Positions 13,253 to 22,716 of a stretch of DNA of 64,000 nt are shown here, piece after piece. The DNA is from Monocercomonoides exilis PA203 (taxonomy: Eukaryota; Protista; Preaxostyla). The notes beneath the pieces were generated by a model, which was given only the letters and a program-made list of their open reading frames with translations, was not told where the DNA came from and ran no database searches. The stretch is from NCBI GenBank assembly GCA_001643675.2, contig LSRY02000012.1:186001-250000 (forward strand), given 5' to 3'. A program made the position numbers and the translations under genes. The first letter of the stretch is position 1, and each line of letters begins with the position of its first letter.

Positions 13253-14649
13253 TTCAACAGATTTTGGGTATGATGGCTCAGATAATATTAAACAGTAAAT
13301 AAATAAATTTCTAAAAAAAAAAACAGAAAATCATGTGATCTACACCTTTTGTGCAATATCACTCGAATGCTTGAAGTGAAAAGTTGTTTGCGGTAAACTA
13401 GCATATGAATGTGATTTGCCCTTCTCACAGTATGCCATCAATAAATTTCTTATTTATTTAATAATAAATGTCTGATAATTAACAAAATTCTGATGAATTC
13501 AATTATTACACACAATTTTACTTTTTATTAATAAAAAAAATATTTTATTGTGCATCTGATCATAAATTGAAAATAATATCAGAGAATGATTAGTGAAAAG
13601 AAATACTGTGAAATGTCTAACACACTAAATATTTTTTTAAAAAAAAAGGAACATTAAATTTTCATCATACAAGAAATGAAATTTCCTGCTATTCGATATG
13701 CACAAAAAATTATTCAAAATCGAAAAAGTTTCAAAGTCGAAATTTTTCATTATAAGTCGAAAAAGTTGCAAACAAAATTGAAAAACTTTCAAATGAAATC
13801 GAAGTTTTTATTATAAAAAATAAATGTTATAGTTAGGGGAAAAACCCGCACAAAATTCGAAACTCGTGCACATGGGTTCAAAAAATAGTAATTTCTTAAT
13901 GGATAACAAATATGAATTTCAAATCGCTCAATTTTTTTCCTATAAAGTATATTTTCACAGTTTTATAAACATATTCTTTTTTTAAAAGGTTTAATCCCTT
14001 AATAATTCAAATGGAACAGAAACAGTTTTTTTGATGAATAATTTTTTGAGTGTACAATTATCAAAAGACTTCATTTTTAAAAGAATATATTTGATTGCTC
14101 TTAAATTTCTTATTCACTCAAGGTTTATTTATATAACATTTATTAATGTGTTACAGAAACGTTTTTAATATTTCATTAGGATTCCATATTCAACTGCAAC
14201 ATTTCGTGAATGAAAAAAAGAAAATATTGAAAAAAAAGCAAATACAAGCCTTATGATTTCAAATTTGGATTGTCTTTTAGAAACATTTTTTCTCATAAAC
14301 AAAAAGATTTTGAAATTTGAAACTTCATTTTCTGTTTGTCAAAATATGGAAATCCTATTCTTTTGAAATTTTCATTTGATATATTTTTCTGTTGTGTTCA
14401 GCTTAAACTTTCAAAAAATAATGAAATATTATATATTATTAATAAGAACAAAATGATAAAGATAAAAATTGATTTATTGAGAAAAGAAATTTGTTTTCAA
14501 TTTTCTTTTTGCGACAAAAAAATAGTTCTGCTTACACATCAAACAACTCTTTCCCACTCATTTGAAATTAATTGTCAATAAGTTGCATTGGTGGAGTGCC
14601 TGACAATCGATACTGATAACTTGTTGAAATAAATTATAATCTCTTAAAC

Positions 14650-15420
14650 ATGAGTCGTTCCGCCGGTTTTGATTGATGAATTGTTTGTGAAGAAATCTGA
14701 TGGAACAGATATCTATTTTACTTCCGTTTTACAAATTGATCCTGTATATCAAAAAAATATTTTATCACTTGCGGCTCAATTGATAAAATATTTGTTTAAC
14801 AACACCTCCTTTTCGTTATTAGCACTCACTTCAACAGCACAATGCAGTTTATCTGATTCAAAATATGTATCTGTGCAGTCATCTCGTGCAACTTGCATTT
14901 ATGAAAATTATTGTCAGGAAATCGTTGATAAGATTTTCAATCCAATATTCTGCGCTTGTAATTCGGAAATTTGTTGTTGTTGGCTTCATATGACTTGCTC
15001 CAAGAACAGTACTGCTCATTCTTTTCGCTCGGCTCTTGCTCTTTGATAATCCTTTGATAATACAATAACGCATTCGAATAACATCTCCTCCACTTTTTCC
15101 AACAGAGAAATTGTTTTATATCCTTCCACAAATGTTCAGTGATGAAGATTCTACAAATGGAGCAAATGAATTCATCAAAAAAGTTAAAAAAAATTCACAA
15201 AAACCTACAAAATCGCTAAAGTGTCCAATACACTCTTTTTTCACAAGCTGACATGTATGCAGAATGCATACGGAATAGGCGCAATTTTCGTATTGCTCTT
15301 TCATATATATCTTTTGGCATAATATTGGTTTGTTCTTTTCTCAAATCAACAAAATCCTATTCACAACTTGAGGAAATTTGACATTCTGCATCACATGATA
15401 AAATTATTTATTAACGTTCT
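14650..15420 (-). pseudogene. Possible decayed spliced gene fragment
   Basis: GC-elevated island in an AT-rich region. The minus frame reads ...DIYERAIRKLRLFRMHSAYMSACEKRVYWTL*RFC, then a GT..TAG intron-like gap, then IFITEHLWKDIKQFLCWKKWRRCYSNALLYYQRII..., with scattered in-frame stops. Confidence 0.3.
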
Positions 15421-16593
15421 GCTTCGGAGAATTATTGCTGCAATTTATTTCAAGAAATCTAAATAAAAAATTTAAAAAAATTGAATTTTGAATATGATGA
15501 ACAAAATCAAACTTTACAAATAATTCTCACATAATTAAACAAACTCATTTAAAGGATATGGATGTTCGCAAATGCCAAACATTATGGCATTAATAAGAAA
15601 AATTAGTTTTCACATTTCTTATCACTTTTTGTTTAAATTGTGGTATATAAAACCATTAAATATATTTAACATTTTTTTGTTTTTTAAATTTGTTGTCCCT
15701 TTCAAAAATAGAAATATCTGCATATTATCGAGAAGAAATCGGTTTGTTTTTATGATGTTTTGCATGCAGTATCCTTTATTTCAAAGTTTCAATTGTGTTT
15801 ATACAGGATCAACATAGTTTTTGTTTTATTGTTTTTTATAAAGATTATCTGTAATGGTTTTGAACTTTTTCCATATTTTCGAATTTTTATTGAATGATGA
15901 TTTTGATTCAGTTGTGATCGTATTTTTATATCAACTCAAATAGCCTTGTTTTCACCTCAAAACATAATTTTTAAATAGAAATAATTAAACAAAGAAATGT
16001 GATTAATAAACAATATTTAGAGTTTTGTTAAAATATACTAAATATCAAATCCAACTCAAACAGTTTTCATGAAATGTCAATTTGAAAATTAAAAATCAAT
16101 CGATCGATTTTTCCATTTTAGAACAATTTATTATTTAAATAGTGAAAATCACCTTAATGCACAAAGTTTATTCACAAATAAACGCTGTTTCATATTTCTA
16201 CAAGTAACAAAGAATTTTTTGAACTTTTGTGCAAAGGTTTTTTCTCTAAAATGGGTTTTTTCCCTAACTATTGATAAAGATAATTCAAGTGAAGAAAATT
16301 TTTATTCTTTTATTAAAGAAAATTTTTCTCACAATATTGGTGAACATGTTTTCTGCAAATTTTGATAATGTCAAACCAAAAATAAACTCAAAAATCAACT
16401 CGAAACATGACTTTAGTCATTTGTTTCATTTTATAAAAGATGAGTATTTTGTGATAAAAAAACGCTAAACAAGGGAGCCAATACTGCACTCATCATTCTT
16501 CAGAAAATTGGTTCAATAAAAAAATAAATTAAATTTTTCGTAGAAAATTTTTTTGAAAAAAAGTGTGCTTTCAATTGAAATGAGAAAAAATGC

Positions 16594-16848
16594 GTGTGAT
16601 TATTTTTGAAATCATATCTTTTTTCGGGGTGTTGATTTTTCAAAGATTGAAAGTTTTTCGAAAACAGTTTTTGTTTCAAAAGAAAAGAAGCATGATAATT
16701 GTTATTTAAATCAAGAATTTTTTCGAAATATAAGATTAAAAAATATTCAATAAGCTTATTTACTTTTCAATTTTTTCTTATTGATATATAATAAATATAT
16801 TTGCACCGAAATTGTTGCAAAAAACGATGATTTCAAAAATAATCACCT
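16594..16848. mobile_element. MITE, GG-terminal/4-bp TSD family, copy A (~255 bp, decayed)
   Basis: TIRs GTGTGATTATTTTTGAAATCAT / ATGATTTCAAAAATAATCACCT. The body is an inverted homolog of 19282-19540. TSD decayed. Confidence 0.7.
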
Positions 16849-17531
16849 ATATATCAGAATTCTTTTCATATTTTTTAAAATCTGCAATCAAACAAAAGGA
16901 AGCACAAAAACATATTGAAAAAGAGGAAAAATCATTAAAATAACAAGCATCGTTGATATTTAAATAACAAAAATGTTGTTTGACTTTTATTGAATTTTGT
17001 CAACTTTTTGAAATATATAAGTTTTTCGAATTTTCGATTTCGTTAGAAAGTTTTTTCCTTTGGTTGGAAGTTTTTTGATGTTGAATAATTTTTGGTGTAT
17101 CCTCTTATAAAAATAAAATAGAACAGTGAGAACTTCTTTTTCTCAAGTTTTTTTCAAACTTTTGTAATAAGCGGACTAAACCTTCTCGTCACGACACTAA
17201 TGAGGAACTGTTTTTCAAAAGTGACTGACAAATTGAGATCACCTTGTCACATTCTTATTTGTTCAAAAGTTCTTTTTTTCTGCTGCTTAATCCGTTTTCA
17301 AAAATAAAATTTTGTAATCATTTTGATAGATATTTTGTAAAATATCGAACAGAAAAATTACCACAAACTTGGACTTCAATTTTCAAAAATGGATTAGTAT
17401 TTTTATCAAATCAATTTATGATCTAATAGATCGTCACTTTTAATTATCTTTTGTCACTTTCTAAAAATTTGTCACTTTCGTCACTTTCTTCCCTGTCAAG
17501 TCACTTATCAATTCTATAATAAAAGAAAATA

Positions 17532-17982
17532 CAGTCTAAACCGGATATAATCACATCGGTTTTTGCACAACTTTTTGTGACTATATCCGATTGTGATTAT
17601 AAACGATGAAACATTACACAGTAAAAAATAAAAATTAATTATTAATATAATTTATATTGTGTTGATCTTTTGATTTTTGGAAATTCTACACAAATACACT
17701 TTTTTCACTTGCAAAATTAATTTTTATCATTAATATTCATAATTTTGACTTATTTGAGCACATTTTTGAAAAAGCGAAAAATTGAAATTATTTATCAAAA
17801 AAGCGATATTTCATTAAAAAAAAGCACCCATAATGAAAAAAAATGTGATTATTTATTTTCATCCCTGTGAATATTTGAGATGGAAAATGAAAGAAAAACA
17901 AGCAAAAAAAGTCGGTGCATCGAAAAATATGACAATATAAAAATGAGATTATATTCGACGTGATTATATCCGGTTTTGACTG
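17532..17982. mobile_element. Tc1/mariner(pogo)-type MITE, 451 bp
   Basis: 27-bp TIR CAGTCTAAACCGGATATAATCACATCG vs reverse complement CAGTCAAAACCGGATATAATCACGTCG (2 mismatches). TA on both sides (17530-31, 17983-84). Confidence 0.85.
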
Positions 17983-18381
17983 TATAGGTTTTTCTCATTC
18001 GAAAAATGGAGATTTATAGAGCGTTGATGATATTATCGTAGAATTTTCAAGTTTGTTAACGCTATGTCTGTCGGAAAAAAAAAATGAAGATAAATAATTT
18101 CTGTTCTTTAAAGAAAGAAGAATTAATAAAAAAATTAATTGAAAAAATGAAGATATCCGGAATCATGAAAAAAAAACATCAAATGTGAAGGAATTTGTTG
18201 GTGAAAGTTTATAATGGTGTAGTTTGCAAATTAATAGTTGTTGTGCAGCAAAGGAGGAACATATTAATGATGACAATTCGAAATACCTGAGTTCTTGTCA
18301 ACAAGTGAATAGAGTCCATTTTAATGTTTAAGTATTAAATTATTATGCAATTCGCAGAATATTTTTTGCAGTAATCGAAAA

Positions 18382-18754
18382 CAGTCAAAACCGGATATAA
18401 TCACATCGTGTTTTGCACGACTTTTTGTAACCAAACCCGATTGTGATAATACACGACTTGACATTTCACAGAAAAATCAGAAAATCAATTTTTGAAATAA
18501 ATAATAATGAATCAAGTTTTTTTGTTTTTGGAAATTCTTCACAAAAACACATTTTTCAATAGAAATTACAATTTTTTATGTTTTATTATGTTATTCAGAC
18601 TTTTTTAAACATAATTTTGAAAAAACGGAAAATTGATATTATTTATCAAAAAACCTGTTTTTCATTGAAAAAATCACCTATAATAATTAAAAATGTGATT
18701 ATCCATTTTCAGCCCTGTGATTATATTCGAAGTGATTATATCCGGCTTTGACTG
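18382..18754. mobile_element. Second copy of the Tc1/mariner-type MITE, 373 bp
   Basis: Same TIR (CAGTCAAAACCGGATATAATCAC...GTGATTATATCCGGCTTTGACTG|TA). The body is collinear with 17532-17982 but lacks ~78 bp near the 3' end. Confidence 0.85.
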
Positions 18755-18918
18755 TATTTAAAATTTTATCGTTAATCATTAAATGGTTGTTCAACTAGCA
18801 TAGGATCTTGAGGGAGATAAATAGAAGATGATGATTTCAAAACTCCTCAAAATGAAGAAATTTAGTGAAGAAAATATACCTCTGTGACCTGACAAATCAC
18901 ATGAATCCTCGTCTGTTA

Positions 18919-18919
<1 letters not shown>

Positions 18920-18957
<38 letters not shown>

Positions 18958-19015
18958 AAAAAAAAAAAAAAGAAAGAAAGAAAAGAAAAGAAAAGAAGAA
19001 AAGAAAAGAAAAAAA
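18920..19015. repeat. Poly-A tract grading into (AAAAG)n
   Basis: A run of >30 A, then further A runs and AAAAG units. Confidence 0.9.
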
Positions 19016-19121
19016 TTTATTTTATAAATTTTTAATTAATATAAAATAAACTATTGCTAAAACTTCTAAAGACTTTTTTCAGCTCTTTGGAAAAGATTTG
19101 TTGATAGCAGCTGTAATATCT

Positions 19122-19622
19122 GTGTGATTCTTTTTGAAAAGTCACAAATGTTTAATTTTCAAATAAATCGAAAAATTCATATTTAACAAATTTTTATAAA
19201 CATGCACCAAACTATCCAAATATGGAATCCATTACTGGATAATGCAATTTCATGAATTCAAGTACAGTTACGTGAATATTTGGGTAATTGTTTTTGAAAT
19301 CGTATTTTTTCATACAAAAATTTCTGTGCAAAAATATGTCAAGAATACAAATTAAAAAAAAATTGAAATGTGAAAAGGCCTATTGAATACATTTTAATCT
19401 TTGATTCGGAAAAACAATTTGCTTAAAAAAACAATAATCATGCTTTTTCTCTTTTGAATTTAAAATTTTCTTCCAAAAAACTTACAGCCTTTGAAAAATG
19501 ATCACCCCGAAAAAAGATATGATTTCAAAAATAATTACCCATTTATAAAAATTAGAGTTAAATATGAATTTTTTGATTTATTTGAAAATTAAACATTTGT
19601 GACTTTTCAAAAAGAATCACCC
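19122..19622. mobile_element. Foldback-like MITE with ~85-bp TIRs and ATCT TSD, interrupted by a nested MITE
   Basis: GTGTGATTCTTTTTGAAAAGTCACAAATGTTTAATTTTCAAATAAATC... is mirrored at 19545-19622. ATCT direct repeat at 19118-21 and 19623-26. Confidence 0.85.
19282..19540. mobile_element. MITE, GG-terminal/4-bp TSD family, copy B (259 bp), ATTT TSD
   Basis: TIR GGGTAATTGTTTTTGAAATC / GATTTCAAAAATAATTACCC. ATTT at 19278-81 and 19541-44. Homologous to 16594-16848. Confidence 0.85.
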
Positions 19623-19867
19623 ATCTGGTTTTTTTTTCATTTTTATCAGTGATGGTCGGTGATGGTCAATGACAAATTGTGACAAAAATATTCCACAACT
19701 GATATTCTCTGTGAAAAAAAATTCATGTTGGGAACTTGAACATTTATTTTTTAATTTTTATTTTTTCACAACAAAAAGTATTATTAACAAAGATTTACAA
19801 ATTCAGTGTTGTTGTAATTAAGAATTAAGAAATCGTAATAAATAACACTTTTTGACAAATCATAAAT

Positions 19868-20072
19868 GGCTGATCCTTTTTGAAATCATACTTTTGTTCG
19901 AGTTTTGATCAAAATTTTTTTCTCAATGGGATTTAGAGAAAAATGAACTTCAACAGTGAATGCATACATCTTATGACGAAATTTCAATTAAAATAAAACT
20001 TCACAAAACCCCATTGAGACAAATTTTTTGATCAAAACTCGAACGAAAGTGTGATTTCAAAAAGGATCAGCC
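19868..20072. mobile_element. MITE with ~65-bp TIRs, AAAT TSD (205 bp)
   Basis: GGCTGATCCTTTTTGAAATCATACTTTTGTTCGAGTTTTGATCAAAA... is mirrored at ~20010-20072. AAAT at 19864-67 and 20073-76. Confidence 0.85.
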
Positions 20073-20754
20073 AAATATCTTGTCAGTCATTTTGTTATTT
20101 TTTCAATTTTCTCTTGTCATGTCACAGAGGTATAGATGTGAAGAAGAAATACAGGAATAATCATATGGACTTGAAAGTGATGATAAAAAACTTCAGATAA
20201 TAAACAATAAAATTTTATTATTTTTATTACTTTTTTTATTTTTCAACCACACACACTTACAATGATAATTAACATGAATAATGATGATAAACATACATAT
20301 TATGTACAAATAAATTAGAATAAAGAAGTTTTGAAAACTCACTTATTTTACCTTACAACATTCATTTTTTGATCATAATAAAAAAAAGGTAAAGATAAAA
20401 TCATAATGCAAATCCTTCTTCAAAAATTTCAATTTCATGCCAATTGAAATAATTGTTTTAAAGAAAGACTAACTCATGAAATAACTCTTTGAAATATAAA
20501 ATTATTAATCAAACAAACAAATCAATAAATAACAAAACACAAAAGTGGAGGAACAATAATGAATGGTTAAGAAAGCAAGTGCAAGTACTCTTTGAAAGAT
20601 GAAAAGCAGCCCCAAAAAAGAAAAAACTAACTCACATCAAACATTACATAAAAGTATCCAACAAATTACATTCAAAAATTTATCGAAGCGTTAACTCATT
20701 TACAGAATAGAAAACTCCATTTGAGAAAATAGTCGTTCTCAATAATGATAACTA

Positions 20755-22716
20755 TTAGGTTTGCATCCATGTTGGTGGTTTGCCGTGAATATTTTCAATC
20801 CATAGATCAGCCATTGTACCTCCAAGATTATTGGCTAATGTATTTTCATGTCTCATCCACTCTGGTGGTTCTGTTTTCACATGAAAAATCCATAGCATAG
20901 CCATTGTCATTCCCAACAAATCACAAAGTGTGATGTCATGTCTCATCCAGACTGGTGGCTCAGTTTTATTTTCAGTTATCCATCGCATGGCATCTGTTTT
21001 TCCTTCTTTATCTCCAAGTGTATTGTCATATTTCATCCATTTTGGTGGCTCTCTTTCTAATTCCTTAATCCACATCCTGGTCAATGTATTTCCTTTTTTA
21101 TCCGCAAACGAGGCACTGTGCCTCATCCATTCTGGTGGATCTGTCTTTACTTTTTCGATCCAGTGCATCGCAATCGTCTTTCCATCTTTGTCGCAAAGCG
21201 TGTTTCTGTGTCTCATCCACTTTGGTGGCTCTTCCTTTTTCTCGATGATATAGCACATGGCTTCTGTTTTTCCATCTTCATCACACAATGAATAGTCATG
21301 ACTCAACCAACGTGGGGGTTCACCCTCCGCAAACATTTTCCAGTAATCGATCATCATTCTTCCGTCTTTATCAGGAAATGTTGCTTCATGTCTCATCCAT
21401 TCAGGAGGTTCAGTCTTGACGTTTGCAATCCAAAACATGGCCATTGTGAGGCCATCTTTATCCTGAAGAGTGTTATCATGTCTCATCCATTCAGGAGGGT
21501 CTGTCTTGGTATATATTATCCATAGCATAGCCATTGTGCAGCCATTTATGCCTTTTTGTTCATTGGAATGCCTCATCCATTCTGGTGGCTCTGTCTGCAC
21601 AAATTGTATCCAAGACATAGCCATTGTAGCTCCAAGATTATTCGCTAATGTATTTTCATGTCTCATCCACTCAGGTGGCTCTGTCTGCACAAATAGAATC
21701 CAAAGCATAGCCATCGTACAGCCATTTATGTCTTTGCGTTCGTTGGAATGCCTCATCCATTCTGGTGGATCTGTTTTGACAAATTGTATCCAATACATAG
21801 CCATTGTACCTCTAACATTATTGACTAATGTATTTTCATGTCTCACCCATTCCGGTGGCTCTGTCTGAACGAATTGAATCCAATACATAGCCATTGTTCT
21901 TCCATTTCTGTCTTTGTGTTCGTTGGAATGCCTCATCCATTCTGGTGGATCTGCTTTGACAATTTGTATCCATAGCATAGCCATTGTGCAGCCATTTATG
22001 CCTTTTTGTTCATTGGAATGCCTCATCCACTCAGGTGGCTCTATCTGCACAAATTGTATCCAATACATAGCCATCGTACAGCCATTTATGTCTTTTTGTT
22101 CATTGGAATGCCTCATCCATTCTGGTGGCTCTGTCTGCACAAATTGTATCCAATACATAGCCATTGTAGCTCCAAGATTATTCGCTAATGTATTTTCATG
22201 TCTCATCCACTCAGGTGGCTCTGTCTGCACAAATTGTATCCAATACATGGCCATCGTACAGCCATTTCTGTATTTGTGTTCGTTGGAATTCCTCATCCAT
22301 TCTGGTGGATCTGTTTTGACAAAGTGAATCCAATATATGTCCATTGTACCTCCAAGATTATTCGCTAATGTATTTTCATGCCTCATCCATTCCGGTGGCT
22401 CTGTTTTGAGATTTTGAATCCAATACATGGCCATTGTACCCCCACCATTATTTGTAACTGTATTTTCATGTCTCATCCACTCAGGTGGTTCTGTCTTAAT
22501 ATTTTGAATCCAATGCATAGCCATCGTACAGCCAGCATGATCACGAATTGTAGTGCCGTGCCGAATTTCTAATGGAGGATCTGTCTTTTTCTCAATGATC
22601 CATTGCATTGCTTTTGTTTTTCCTTTCTCATCCCTTTTCAAAGGATCAATCTTTTCCAATTGAATATCTGTTTTACATTCTATTGTACCACTCACCACAA
22701 TTATTTCGTTGCTCAT
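20755..22716 (-). CDS. Intronless tandem-repeat protein (~653 aa; ~21 x 30-aa repeat GxTMAMxWIxxxxTEPPEWMRHxNxxxDxx; possibly ankyrin-derived)
   Basis: Uninterrupted ORF with first ATG at 22716 (MSNEII). 90-bp DNA periodicity and codon-preserving variation between units. Confidence 0.9.
   Translation of the reverse strand: MSNEIIVVSGTIECKTDIQLEKIDPLKRDEKGKTKAMQWIIEKKTDPPLEIRHGTTIRDHAGCTMAMHWIQNIKTEPPEWMRHENTVTNNGGGTMAMYWIQNLKTEPPEWMRHENTLANNLGGTMDIYWIHFVKTDPPEWMRNSNEHKYRNGCTMAMYWIQFVQTEPPEWMRHENTLANNLGATMAMYWIQFVQTEPPEWMRHSNEQKDINGCTMAMYWIQFVQIEPPEWMRHSNEQKGINGCTMAMLWIQIVKADPPEWMRHSNEHKDRNGRTMAMYWIQFVQTEPPEWVRHENTLVNNVRGTMAMYWIQFVKTDPPEWMRHSNERKDINGCTMAMLWILFVQTEPPEWMRHENTLANNLGATMAMSWIQFVQTEPPEWMRHSNEQKGINGCTMAMLWIIYTKTDPPEWMRHDNTLQDKDGLTMAMFWIANVKTEPPEWMRHEATFPDKDGRMMIDYWKMFAEGEPPRWLSHDYSLCDEDGKTEAMCYIIEKKEEPPKWMRHRNTLCDKDGKTIAMHWIEKVKTDPPEWMRHSASFADKKGNTLTRMWIKELEREPPKWMKYDNTLGDKEGKTDAMRWITENKTEPPVWMRHDITLCDLLGMTMAMLWIFHVKTEPPEWMRHENTLANNLGGTMADLWIENIHGKPPTWMQT

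Larger units (their letters stand above)
18879..20130. mobile_element. Non-autonomous TIR element (1252 bp including nested insertions), TATA/TA TSD
   Basis: TIR CCTCTGTGACCTGACAA / TTGTCATGTCACAGAGG (16/17 match), flanked by TATA on both sides (18875-78, 20131-34). Contains a poly-A tract and three nested MITEs. Confidence 0.7.

Noticed and set aside
13696-17102. Weak inverted similarity between ~13696-13805 and ~17020-17102
   Set aside because: The match is short and very AT-rich, with no definable ends or TSD.
18920-19015. Poly-A as the tail of a SINE/LINE
   Set aside because: No recognisable retroelement body or TSD lies next to it; reported only as a simple repeat.
20800-22560. Regularly spaced DNA repeats resembling a CRISPR array
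   Set aside because: The 90-bp period is in frame with an open ORF, the intervening segments are themselves repeated, the context is eukaryotic, and there are no cas genes.
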